From positions 11,134-75,133 of the forward strand of contig JAGVWK010000001.1 of assembly GCA_018304295.1 (NCBI GenBank): 64,000 bases of DNA. Direction: 5' to 3'. The stretch comes from Candidatus Micrarchaeota archaeon (GTDB lineage: Archaea > Micrarchaeota > Micrarchaeia > Anstonellales > Anstonellaceae). Position numbers and translations under genes: made by a program. Positions 46,761 through 56,108 of the stretch are shown here, in pieces. Numbering within the stretch: position 1 is the first letter of the stretch; every line of letters begins with the position of its first letter. The notes beneath the pieces are model-generated. The model saw only the letters and a list, made by a program, of their open reading frames with translations, did no database searches and was not told the DNA's origin.

Positions 46761-49538
46761 ATGGACTTCAATGCCATTGATGAGAAGTGGAATGCGCGCT
46801 GGCAGCAGGAGAAGGCGTTTGAGGCAAACCCCTCAAAGCAAAAAAAGTTTTTCCTTTCAGCAGCCTTTCCCTACCCTAATTCGCCCCAGCATATCGGGCA
46901 TGGGAGGACTTATACTACAACGGACATTTATGCGCGCTATCTGAGGATGAGGGGGTTTAACGTGCTTTTCCCAATGGGCTTCCACGTTACGGGAACGCCC
47001 ATTTTGGCAATGGCAAAGAGATTGGGGCAAAAGGACGAGGAGTATTTGCGCATTTTTGAGGAGATTTACGGCATAAGCAGGAAAACTTCCGCAACCCTTA
47101 CAGAACCAAAGGCGCTTGTATCGTATTTTTCGCGCGAAATAGAGCATGGAATGAAAGAGATGGGATACTCGATAGATTGGAGAAGGAAATTCTATTCTTA
47201 TGATGAGCACTTCAACAGGTTTGTTGAGTGGCAGTTCCGCAAGCTGAAAGAGGCGGGCTACATAAAGCAGGGAAGCCACCCTGTCCCGTGGTGCCCTTTG
47301 GACAACAACGCGGTCGGGGCGCATGACACAAGGGGGGACGTTGACCCGCAAATAGAGGAGGTTACTGCCGTTGCATTTGAGCTTGAGGAAGAGGGCGGGC
47401 TAATGCTTTGCTCAACATATAGGCCTGAAACGGTTTACGGGGTTACGAATTTATGGGTGAACCCAAACGCACTGTACGTGCAAATTGAGGCGGATGGAAA
47501 AAAATTCTGGGTTGCAAAGGAGGCTGTTGCGCCCCTTGCAGGGCAGCTGGGCATAAAGGTGCAAAAAACAGCGGATGCAAAAGAGCTTCTTGGAAAAAAC
47601 GCAATAAACCCGCTCACAAATGCAAGGCTGCCAATTTTTGCTGCCGAATTTGTAAAGCCCAATGCGGGAACCGGGATTGTGATGGGCGTGCCTGCGCATG
47701 CGCCCCTTGACTATCTTGCCTTGCGGGATGCAAATCTTGAGGGAAAAGTAAAGCTCATACAGGTGCTAAAGGTAGAGGGGTTTGGGGAATTCCCTGCAAA
47801 GGAAATAGTGGAGAGGATGAAAGTTGCAAGCCAGCTTGATGAAAAGGCGGAAGAAGCCACCAAGGAGATATACAAAAAAGAGGCGCACACGGGAGTTATG
47901 TGCATCGGGGAGTTCGCAGGGGAGGGGTGCGCAAGCGCACGGGAGAAAATAGCAAAAAGCCTCGTTGCAAAGAAAAGGGCATTGAAGATTTATGTTCTTG
48001 CGAATTCGCCGCTCTTTTGCCGCTGCGGGGGCGTGTGCATTGTGAACATGGTGCAAAACCAGTGGTTCATTGATTATGGGAACAAGGGATGGAAGGAGAA
48101 GGCAAAGGAATGCCTCTCAAAAATAAAAATAATGCCAAGGCAAACGATTGCGGATTATCTTTACACAATAGACTGGCTCAATGAGCGCGCATGCACGCGA
48201 GCAGCTGGCCTAGGAACGCGATTTGAGTTTGACAAGACGCAGATGATAGAGGCGCTCTCGGACTCCACCATTTACATGGCGTTTTACGCAATCTCGCATC
48301 ATGCAAAGGAGCTAAAGCCCCAAGAGCTTGATGAGGGGTTCTTTGATTACGTGCTTTTGGGAAAGGGAAATGCGCCCACCGAGGCTGCAAAAAAAATAAG
48401 GGAGGAGTTTGAATATTGGTATCCGTTTGACTCCTCGCATTCCGCAAAGGATTTGGTGCACAACCACCTTGTGTTCTTCCTCTTCAACCACGTGTGCGTA
48501 TTTGAAAAAAGGCACTGGCCGCGGCAGATTGTTACAAACGGGTTTGTGCTCATGGACGGCAAAAAAATGAGCAAGAGCATGGGCAACATAGTGCCCATAA
48601 GGGCTGCAATAAAAAAATACGGGGCGGACGTGATACGCTTCTCGGTTGTTGCCGGTGCCGACTTGTCCTCTGACACGGATTTCAACAAGCCGGTCGCAGA
48701 AGGCATTTCAAGCAGGCTGAGGGCAATGGGAGAATTGCTGGAAAAAACAATCGCGGCTGGTGAAGGCGGCAAATATGATGATGCGGACAAATGGTTTTAC
48801 TCAAGGCTGCACAGGAGGGCAAAAATGGCGCCTTCGATGTTTGAGGCATTCCAGATACGCGAGCTATCGCAGGAGCTTCTTTTTGACATGTTCAATGATG
48901 TGCAGCATTATCTCAAAAGGGCAAAGCAGCCGAAATTGCGGGAGTTTTTTGAATATTGGGCGCTTCTTGTTGCGCCTTTCATGCCGCACGTTTCAGAAGA
49001 GTTCTGGGAAAGGCTCGGGGCGAAAAAGTTCGTGCAGGATGCAAAATTAGTGTCCGTTGCGCAATTTCCTGCGGCTGATGAAAAGAAAATAGATGAGGGG
49101 ATGGAAAGGCGGGAGCAGTTCCTTCTCTCAACGCGCGAGGATATCGGGACGCTTGTGCGGCTGCTAAAAAAGGAGGGGCAGGCAAAAAAAATACATCTCT
49201 TTGTGGCGGATGAATGGAAAAGGGAAGCGCGCTCTGTTGTTGCGGCTGAAAAAGATTTTGGAAAAGCAATGAAGGCATGCCTTGCAAAGCCGGAATTGAA
49301 AGCCCATGCTGCGGGGCTCAAAAAGCTTATTGAAACGTGCATGAAGGACGTTGGCAGCCTGAAAATGGAACCCCTTGCTGGGAAGCAGGAGCTCCAAGCG
49401 CTGCAAAAAGGGGCGGAGTTCCTCTCAAAGGAATTCAATGCGCAGGTAATTGTGCAAATGGAAGAAGAAGCGCAAGTGGCGCACGCGCAGCGGGCTAAAA
49501 ATGCGATGCCGGGCAGGGCGGCTGTTGCGATTGAATGA
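46761..49538 (+). CDS. leuS: Leucyl-tRNA synthetase (archaeal type)
   Basis: FPYPNSPQHIGH, GTGIVMGVPAHAP.D, SDSTIY and KMSKS motifs. Confidence 0.95.
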   Translation: MDFNAIDEKWNARWQQEKAFEANPSKQKKFFLSAAFPYPNSPQHIGHGRTYTTTDIYARYLRMRGFNVLFPMGFHVTGTPILAMAKRLGQKDEEYLRIFEEIYGISRKTSATLTEPKALVSYFSREIEHGMKEMGYSIDWRRKFYSYDEHFNRFVEWQFRKLKEAGYIKQGSHPVPWCPLDNNAVGAHDTRGDVDPQIEEVTAVAFELEEEGGLMLCSTYRPETVYGVTNLWVNPNALYVQIEADGKKFWVAKEAVAPLAGQLGIKVQKTADAKELLGKNAINPLTNARLPIFAAEFVKPNAGTGIVMGVPAHAPLDYLALRDANLEGKVKLIQVLKVEGFGEFPAKEIVERMKVASQLDEKAEEATKEIYKKEAHTGVMCIGEFAGEGCASAREKIAKSLVAKKRALKIYVLANSPLFCRCGGVCIVNMVQNQWFIDYGNKGWKEKAKECLSKIKIMPRQTIADYLYTIDWLNERACTRAAGLGTRFEFDKTQMIEALSDSTIYMAFYAISHHAKELKPQELDEGFFDYVLLGKGNAPTEAAKKIREEFEYWYPFDSSHSAKDLVHNHLVFFLFNHVCVFEKRHWPRQIVTNGFVLMDGKKMSKSMGNIVPIRAAIKKYGADVIRFSVVAGADLSSDTDFNKPVAEGISSRLRAMGELLEKTIAAGEGGKYDDADKWFYSRLHRRAKMAPSMFEAFQIRELSQELLFDMFNDVQHYLKRAKQPKLREFFEYWALLVAPFMPHVSEEFWERLGAKKFVQDAKLVSVAQFPAADEKKIDEGMERREQFLLSTREDIGTLVRLLKKEGQAKKIHLFVADEWKREARSVVAAEKDFGKAMKACLAKPELKAHAAGLKKLIETCMKDVGSLKMEPLAGKQELQALQKGAEFLSKEFNAQVIVQMEEEAQVAHAQRAKNAMPGRAAVAIE

Positions 49539-49576
49539 TATTGCTGAAGGGAGCGTTTAATCAGGAAGGCTTGTTT

Positions 49577-50614
49577 ATGGTACTCTGCGCAAAAGTCCCG
49601 CGTAAAAACGCTGAAAAGGTGCGCCAAATGCTTGCGCAGAAAGATGCGCTGGATTATTCTTATGCAACCCACCGCGATGCGGAATTTGTGTATTTTGCGC
49701 TCAAAAGGGAATGTGGCCTGCCTTCTTTTTCAAAATACGGGGCAAATCTTGCGCAAATCCCCCTTGTGCAAAGGAGCGTGCACCCCGCTTCGCTCTATGA
49801 TGCGCTGGTGGAAAAATTAAGCGAGGAGGAGCTGCAAATGCTTGTTTCCTCCTTTGATATTTTGGGCGATATTGCGGTAATTGAGGTGCCTGCGCAGCTT
49901 GAGAAAAAAGAAAAGCTCATTGCGGATGCGATATTGCAGGTGCACGGGAACGTGAAGGTGGTTGCAAAAAAAGCGGGCGCGACTGCCGGGGAATTCAGGA
50001 TACGCCCGGTAAAAATCATTGCAGGTGAGAAGCGCACAACTACTCTTTATAGGGAAAACGGCTGTGAATTTGAGCTTGACATAAATTCGGTTTATTTCTC
50101 CTCAAGGCTCGGGACTGAGCGCAAAAGGGTTGCAACGCTTGCGAAAAACGGGGAAAGCGTGCTTGTGCTTTTTGCAGGCGTTGGGCCGTTTGCAATCGGA
50201 ATTGCAAGGCAGAAGCCGCAGGCAAAAATCACCGCAATTGAGCTGAACCCGAAAGCATTTGAGTACATGGAAAAAAACATTGCGCGGAACAAATGCAAAA
50301 ACGTAAAGGCGATTTTGGGTGATGTGCGCAAGGTGCTGGGCACGGAATTTGAAAAATGCGCTGACAGGGTTGTGATGCCCCTGCCCAAGGACGCGCACCT
50401 GTTCCTTGATGCCGTGTTCCCTGCGTGCAAAAAAGGCGCAACCGTGCACCTGTATTCTTTCGGGGATTCAAAAAATCCGTATGAGGAAACGGAAAGGGCG
50501 ATTTTGCAAACGGCAAAAAAAGCGGGCAGGAAAGTTGAAATAATGAACAGGCGCATAGTGCGCCCGTATTCGCCTTCCACCGTGCAGGTGGTCGTGGATT
50601 TCAAAGCCTATTAA
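49577..50614 (+). CDS. trm5: tRNA (guanine37-N1) methyltransferase Trm5
   Basis: FDILGDIA, YFSSRL..ER, FAGVGPF, ELNP and DRVVMPLP motifs. Confidence 0.88.
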   Translation: MVLCAKVPRKNAEKVRQMLAQKDALDYSYATHRDAEFVYFALKRECGLPSFSKYGANLAQIPLVQRSVHPASLYDALVEKLSEEELQMLVSSFDILGDIAVIEVPAQLEKKEKLIADAILQVHGNVKVVAKKAGATAGEFRIRPVKIIAGEKRTTTLYRENGCEFELDINSVYFSSRLGTERKRVATLAKNGESVLVLFAGVGPFAIGIARQKPQAKITAIELNPKAFEYMEKNIARNKCKNVKAILGDVRKVLGTEFEKCADRVVMPLPKDAHLFLDAVFPACKKGATVHLYSFGDSKNPYEETERAILQTAKKAGRKVEIMNRRIVRPYSPSTVQVVVDFKAY

Positions 50615-50647
50615 AGAAAGAGGGCGGAATTGGCAAAAAAGCAGACC

Positions 50648-50929
50648 TTAAGAGAAATATTCCCTGCACGAATAGGGGATGCCAAAGCAGGTTGTGCGCC
50701 AGGGGCCAAAATATTGCTCAGTGTGCTCAAAGCCAAGGCATTTGCAGTCCATGCCCTTTACACATAGGGTGGCTGAGCCGGTGCCTGCATATTTTGGAAA
50801 GAAAAAAATAAGCAGCAGCACGAGCATCAGGGCAATGGAAATTGTTTTCCAGTCCACGTGGCTGTTTCTTTGGAGTTTTGCATGCAAAGGTGCGACAGTG
50901 GAAGCCTTGGAACGCTTTGTTCTTTTCAT
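50648..50929 (-). CDS. Small membrane-anchored Cys-rich protein
   Basis: Basic N-terminus, one TM and five Cys in the short C-terminal domain. Confidence 0.55.
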   Translation of the reverse strand: MKRTKRSKASTVAPLHAKLQRNSHVDWKTISIALMLVLLLIFFFPKYAGTGSATLCVKGMDCKCLGFEHTEQYFGPWRTTCFGIPYSCREYFS

Positions 50930-51025
50930 GTGGATAGTTTTTGGCGACTCCTTTTAAGCCTTGCCCTTAGTCCTTTGCACGGGTTCCTTGCAAATAGGAT
51001 TGCCTGCCGCATGCATAAGGGGCTT

Positions 51026-52333
51026 TTATTTGGGAAGGCACCCGTTGTTTTCCATTGCCCTCTCCAGCAGCGGCTTTACTGACCAATATGCAGGCATGGG
51101 GGTACCGTTTGCAAAGAACAGGCCCGTGCCTTCGCGCCAGGATTGCGGGCTTTCCACAATGTCCCAAAGGTAGATTGCATCAACCGCTTCATGCGATGCG
51201 AAAAGCTCCATTGCATGTTTTAATGCGTAAGCCTGGTAGTCCCAGTAAGTCCCATAAGTTATCCCGCCATCCTGGAACTGCGCATTTGGATTGAACGGGT
51301 ATGAAGGGCTTTGGGGGTTTACGTATGCCGCAGTCCAGTCATAGCTTATGTCAAGCTCACTAACGTATATTGGAAGACCGGTTGCTGAAAGAATATCAAG
51401 GGACTCAATTAGAATGGAGTCGGGGGGCAGCGTTGCAGTCCCAAGGCCAAAGTGCCCCATTATGCCTATTCCGCCTATTGGCGCGTCCCTTTCAAGCAGG
51501 TCGGTTGCAAGCTTCGCATACTCCCGCGTCCTGCTGGCATTTATTATCACGCCTGTTTGCAGGCTGTCTTCACCGCCTTCATTCAGTATGAGCAGCGCAT
51601 CAGGGTCGGATTCGTGCGCCCATTTGAAGAAGTTTGTGAGAGCCTCAACACGCGTCCAGCCCGTGCCCATGAAATTGCTTTCAGACTCCCAGTTCCAAAG
51701 CAGGGGGTGATTTACGACTATGTATACTGGTATTCTGCCCTTGTACCTTGTTACTGTTGTTTTTATGTGCTCTTCAAGAACCGCCCTGCGCTCAAAGGTG
51801 CCAAGCATTTTGTACCATTGTGGAACCTTGATGCCGCGTGCAAGTATTAGGTTGTGGAATATGCCATAATGCTTACCGTTGTTCTCAAGGATATCCAAGG
51901 CTGCGTCAGCCGCCCTGAAATCATACTCAGGCCCGATTGGGTGTATGCTGTGGAACTCCTGCGCACCCGCAACCGTGCCCCAGGCGAAATTATCTTGGAA
52001 TGATTTTGCGTAGAATGCGCTGCTTTTCAGCAGGCTGCTCCTTGCCATTGTGCCTATTATGGTGCCGTTGCACGAAAAAGTTGCTGCGGCGGTATTGTTG
52101 GGCTGCACAAAGGCTGGCGCAGGAGGGGCGGAAATATTTGTTTTGCCGGCATTGGAATTGTTTTTCAGCGGTGCTGGGAGCCGGATTGCGCCCTGACCTA
52201 GGGAGGGCACTTCGTTGTTTTCAGCCGGATTTTGGAAGCAGCCAAAAAGCCCAAAAGCAAGCATGAGAAGGACTAGCGGAATTAATGCGCAGCTTGCCGG
52301 CTTTGGATTGGCTGTTGGTGTTGGCGTTGTCAT
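51026..52333 (-). CDS. GH10 (endo-xylanase-like) lipoprotein with variant active site
   Basis: Lipobox LFGC, Pro-rich linker, RYKGRI..Y.VVNH, GIGIMGH and IYVSELDI motifs. Confidence 0.8.
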   Translation of the reverse strand: MTTPTPTANPKPASCALIPLVLLMLAFGLFGCFQNPAENNEVPSLGQGAIRLPAPLKNNSNAGKTNISAPPAPAFVQPNNTAAATFSCNGTIIGTMARSSLLKSSAFYAKSFQDNFAWGTVAGAQEFHSIHPIGPEYDFRAADAALDILENNGKHYGIFHNLILARGIKVPQWYKMLGTFERRAVLEEHIKTTVTRYKGRIPVYIVVNHPLLWNWESESNFMGTGWTRVEALTNFFKWAHESDPDALLILNEGGEDSLQTGVIINASRTREYAKLATDLLERDAPIGGIGIMGHFGLGTATLPPDSILIESLDILSATGLPIYVSELDISYDWTAAYVNPQSPSYPFNPNAQFQDGGITYGTYWDYQAYALKHAMELFASHEAVDAIYLWDIVESPQSWREGTGLFFANGTPMPAYWSVKPLLERAMENNGCLPK

Positions 52334-52334
52334 A

Positions 52335-53081
52335 TTATACCTTCCTTATTTTTTTTAGGCATTCCCCAATATCCGCATCAACCCCGTGGTGGCTGAAGTA
52401 TTTCACAAGGTTTTCAACATCGTGAAGCAGGAAATCCTCAGCCTGTGGGTGCGTGAGCAGCACTGCCTGCCCGACATCTATAAGATAGGGGCCGCGGTCG
52501 TCCATCAGTATGTTGAATTCGCTTATGTCCGCATGCACTATGCCTGCCGCATGCAATTTTGCAATGTCCTTAAGTATGAGATTGGAATCCTCCTGTGGAT
52601 TTAGGCTCCCGGTATCTTTAAGGGTTGAATAGGGAACGCCTTCATGCCCAAGGAATTCCATTACAAGTATGTTGCGGTCGCAGTAGATTGGAAAAGGCAC
52701 GCGGCAGCCGGCTGCGCGCATAAGCTCAAGGTTGCGGTATTCCTTTCGCGCCCATGCCTTCATTACCTCAAACTTGTTGTGCATTATCCCTTTGAAGCGG
52801 GTATCCCCTTCCATGTATTTGTGCATGCGCTTAAGCACTGGCGCGGTCGTGCGGTAAATTTTAACCGCAACAAAGCCGTCCTTTGAGCGTGCGCGAAAAA
52901 CGTTTGCCTCTTTGCCTGTGCAGATGGGATAGTCAAGGGTGTCAAAAATTCCCTTTTCTATCATTTTGGAGAGGGAAAGGAAAGTTGGCCTGTCAAATAC
53001 CTCTTCCTCGGTCTTTGATTTTTGCGCAACCTGCTTGTCCTCAAGTCTGGGCCGTTTTCTTTTGGAGAGGGAAAGTGCCAT
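52335..53081 (-). CDS. rio1: RIO1 serine/threonine kinase
   Basis: TGKEANVF, AVKIYR, VHADISEFNIL and IDVGQAV motifs. Confidence 0.95.
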   Translation of the reverse strand: MALSLSKRKRPRLEDKQVAQKSKTEEEVFDRPTFLSLSKMIEKGIFDTLDYPICTGKEANVFRARSKDGFVAVKIYRTTAPVLKRMHKYMEGDTRFKGIMHNKFEVMKAWARKEYRNLELMRAAGCRVPFPIYCDRNILVMEFLGHEGVPYSTLKDTGSLNPQEDSNLILKDIAKLHAAGIVHADISEFNILMDDRGPYLIDVGQAVLLTHPQAEDFLLHDVENLVKYFSHHGVDADIGECLKKIRKV

Positions 53082-53135
53082 AAGCAGCTTGGGCAGCCTG
53101 CGCTTAAATAGCTTTTACTTGGTGTGGCCCTGCTT

Positions 53136-53429
53136 TTACTTTATGTAGCCCTTGCTGCGCAAATAGTCGGCCTGCAGCCGGTTGTATCTCCATATTATGT
53201 CGGCGCGCTTGTCAGCGTCTATTTCCCATGGCTGCACAATCACTATGTCGCCCTCGCGCACCCAGATGTTGCGCTTTATTTTTCCGGGGATGCGGCAAAG
53301 CCGCTCGTGCCCGTCCTTGCACTGCACAACAAGCCTTCCGCCCCCTACAACAGCGATTACAACCCCGAGTATCTCCTCCTCCTTTGGGATGCGCACTCGG
53401 AAAACTGGGGGTGGTTCTGCTTCTGCCAT
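53136..53429 (-). CDS. eif1a: Translation initiation factor aIF-1A
   Basis: CRIPGKIKRNIWVREGD motif. Confidence 0.96.
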   Translation of the reverse strand: MAEAEPPPVFRVRIPKEEEILGVVIAVVGGGRLVVQCKDGHERLCRIPGKIKRNIWVREGDIVIVQPWEIDADKRADIIWRYNRLQADYLRSKGYIK

Positions 53430-53441
53430 ATAGATGCCTTT

Positions 53442-53846
53442 TTACTTTACAGGGGAGCGCGCGCCGCATGCGTCGCACACCAGCGTCCTTATGCCGTGCA
53501 CGCCTTCGGAGATTTTCGTGTCAGGGCGGTTGCATTCCTTGCAAATAACGTATTTGCTTATGAATGTGGCGAGCTTCTCGTTTATAACCCTGTCGTAGAA
53601 TTTGCCGTGCAGGATAAGGCGGCTGCCCTCAATTGTGCCGGGAATTGCAAGCTCTTTTGAGAGGTATTTTGAAAGCATTGCCGGCTCGCGGCGTATTTTT
53701 ACGCAGATTGCCTCAAAATTCTTTATCACTGTTTTGGAGCCCTGCATGAAAGTTTCCGCAGCAGGGGGCTCAAAGCGCTCGCCGCTTGCGGTTTTCTCCG
53801 GCAGGGAGGAGCGCGCCCGCTCAAGCAACTTTTCATAATCGTCCAT
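53442..53846 (-). CDS. eif2b: Translation initiation factor aIF-2 beta
   Basis: YEKLLER, RFEPP and YVICKECNRPDT...CDACGA motifs. Confidence 0.95.
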   Translation of the reverse strand: MDDYEKLLERARSSLPEKTASGERFEPPAAETFMQGSKTVIKNFEAICVKIRREPAMLSKYLSKELAIPGTIEGSRLILHGKFYDRVINEKLATFISKYVICKECNRPDTKISEGVHGIRTLVCDACGARSPVK

Positions 53847-53904
53847 TAAACCACGCCAATATAGGGGCGAAAGGGCTTAAAAATGAATGCCATATAAGTT
53901 TTGC

Positions 53905-54174
53905 ATGGCAAAAACTTCAAAGAAGCTAATCACAAAAGACATGCTCATTGGGGACATTGTCGTCAAATACCCAAATGCAGTGCAGGTGCTAATAGAGAAC
54001 GGGTTCCATTGCATAGGCTGCTCTGTCTCCCCTTATGAAACCCTTGAGCAGGGGGGCGCAATGCACGGATGGGATGAGGAGCAGTTCAGGGGCATAATGG
54101 ATGCAATGAACAGGATTGCAGAGGCTGAGGAAAAGGCGCAAAGGGCTGCTGAAAAGAAAAAGGGGAAAAAGTGA
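53905..54174 (+). CDS. DUF1858 / hybrid-cluster-associated redox domain protein
   Basis: ITKDMLIGDIV.KYP...GFHCIGC...ETLEQG..HG. Confidence 0.85.
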   Translation: MAKTSKKLITKDMLIGDIVVKYPNAVQVLIENGFHCIGCSVSPYETLEQGGAMHGWDEEQFRGIMDAMNRIAEAEEKAQRAAEKKKGKK

Positions 54175-54178
54175 GCGG

Positions 54179-55405
54179 ATGCTTGGAAAAATAAGGGGGG
54201 AGGCTGAAACTTTCCTCAAAAGCGACTTCAACCGCTTTTTGGCGCTTTTTGTAGTGACATTGGCGCTTTTTGCATACGTTTACGGTGAGTATTCTTCGGC
54301 TGTGGCAGGGGATGCGACGCAGCAGGCTGATGCGAAGGTGCATTTTTTCTATTCCCCCGCATGCCCGCACTGCGTGCTGCAAAAGCCGTTTAATGAGGTG
54401 CTCATGGGAAAATACCCAAATGTCCTTTTTGTTTACCATAATTTGGAAACTGCGCAGGAGCTTGGGGAATACGGGCGGTTTGTTTCCGAATATAAAATTG
54501 CGCGCACGGGAACGCCCACCACGATAGTCGGGGAGGAAAAGGACGGCTCATGCATATTTGTGGGATGGGAGGCGGAAAACACCACCGGAAGGGAAATAGA
54601 GGAATGCGTTTTGCTTCGGCTGCAAAATAAAACCGTTTCAGGAAATGCCACTGCGCCAAGCACGGAAATAAACGCGCCGTTTTTGGGCAAAATAGACATA
54701 AAGGATTATTCGCTTGTTTCGCTTGCAGTTGTGCTTGGGTTAATAGACGGGTTCAATCCGTGCGCAATGTGGGTGCTCGTTTACCTTATTGCTGTTGTGA
54801 TGAGCCTTAATGACAGGAGGAAAATATGGCTTGTTGTCGGCAGCTTTGTTGCGGCTTCCGCAATGCTGTACTTCCTTTTCATGACGGCATGGCTGAATTT
54901 GTTCCTTGTGCTTGGGTATGTGAGGATGGTTACTGTAATCGTTGGCGCGGTTGCGCTTGCAGGCGGAATACTTAATGTAAAGGAATATATTGAAACCGGC
55001 GGGCAGGCTGTCTGCAAAGTGGGGGATATTGCCGAAAAAAAGAAAACCGCAGGGCTTGTGGAGCACATAGCTTCCTCACCGCTTAACATTGGAACCATTG
55101 TTGCGATAGTGGCGCTTGCGTTTGTCGTGAACTCGGTTGAATTTGTGTGCTCTTCGGCAATACCTGCAGTGTTCACGCAGGTCCTTGCGGCATCCAGCCT
55201 TTCCTTTGTTGAGCACTACGGATACATACTGCTTTACGTTTTCTTCTTCATGCTGGATGACATTGTGATATTCGGAATGGCTGCGTTTGCGGCCTCAAGA
55301 ATATCAACAGGGGAAAAATATGCGGCATACTGCAAGGTGATTGGAGGGGTGCTGCTTGCGGCAATAGGGCTGATGCTGCTTTTCTTTCCAAGCCTGCTGC
55401 GCTAG
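54179..55405 (+). CDS. Thioredoxin-fold plus DsbD/CcdA-like membrane protein
   Basis: CPHC and cis-Pro TP motifs. TM domain with DGFNPCAMW and EFVCSSAIP Cys pair. Confidence 0.85.
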   Translation: MLGKIRGEAETFLKSDFNRFLALFVVTLALFAYVYGEYSSAVAGDATQQADAKVHFFYSPACPHCVLQKPFNEVLMGKYPNVLFVYHNLETAQELGEYGRFVSEYKIARTGTPTTIVGEEKDGSCIFVGWEAENTTGREIEECVLLRLQNKTVSGNATAPSTEINAPFLGKIDIKDYSLVSLAVVLGLIDGFNPCAMWVLVYLIAVVMSLNDRRKIWLVVGSFVAASAMLYFLFMTAWLNLFLVLGYVRMVTVIVGAVALAGGILNVKEYIETGGQAVCKVGDIAEKKKTAGLVEHIASSPLNIGTIVAIVALAFVVNSVEFVCSSAIPAVFTQVLAASSLSFVEHYGYILLYVFFFMLDDIVIFGMAAFAASRISTGEKYAAYCKVIGGVLLAAIGLMLLFFPSLLR

Positions 55406-55785
55406 AAAATCCGCTCGCATCCAAGCCCGTCAAAATCCGAATCAAAAGAGAGTATATTTTTTATGCCAAGCTTTTTCATCACAATGAAGCTTAGGGCATC
55501 GCACATGCTGAGTTTCGGGTATTTTTTTATGAGTTCAAGCGCGCTAGGCATGTCTTCGTTAAGGGCGCAAACAAGCAAAATCTCGCTTTCAAGAACCTTT
55601 TTGGCATGCAGGTGTGCGGCGGAATTGCCATCTTTATATGCAAGGAAAGTAACAAATTCGGAAAATACATTGTCCGTGATTATCACGCGCTCTGCCAAGC
55701 CTTGTGAAATTTCGGCCGCCCTGCAATGGTTTTCATCGCTTGGGCGCACAATCGCTATCAGGTAAGACGTGTCTGCAAAAATCAT
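55402..55785 (-). CDS. vapC: VapC PIN-domain toxin
   Basis: IFADTSYLIA, E, LSMCDA and SFDSDFD motifs. Confidence 0.9.
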   Translation of the reverse strand: MIFADTSYLIAIVRPSDENHCRAAEISQGLAERVIITDNVFSEFVTFLAYKDGNSAAHLHAKKVLESEILLVCALNEDMPSALELIKKYPKLSMCDALSFIVMKKLGIKNILSFDSDFDGLGCERIF

Positions 55786-56031
55786 TCACACACCATAAAC
55801 TATCCTGTCTATCTCTGAAGCGCTGCTTTTTTTCTTTCCCTTTGATATGCCGGCCAAATCCATAATGGAGTATCGCTTTCTTTTTGCCATTTGAGACTCA
55901 AGGGCGCTTATTGCGAGGGAGAATACCTCTCCCTCCGTAACGTTCCGCTCTTTGCTAAGCTGCAAATGCGCCTGAAGCATGGATATTTTTTTCGCCAGAT
56001 GGCGCGGGATTTTCTTTGTTATGTAATCCAT
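55786..56031 (-). CDS. VapB-like antitoxin
   Basis: Abuts vapC. C-terminus SIMDLAG...SEIDRIVYG. Confidence 0.8.
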   Translation of the reverse strand: MDYITKKIPRHLAKKISMLQAHLQLSKERNVTEGEVFSLAISALESQMAKRKRYSIMDLAGISKGKKKSSASEIDRIVYGV

Positions 56032-56108
56032 TGTTACACCTATTACACTAAGGGAATAAAAGGCTTTGCTTTCCGCACGTTGCCCGCCATTTATGGCGGC
56101 AGGATAAT

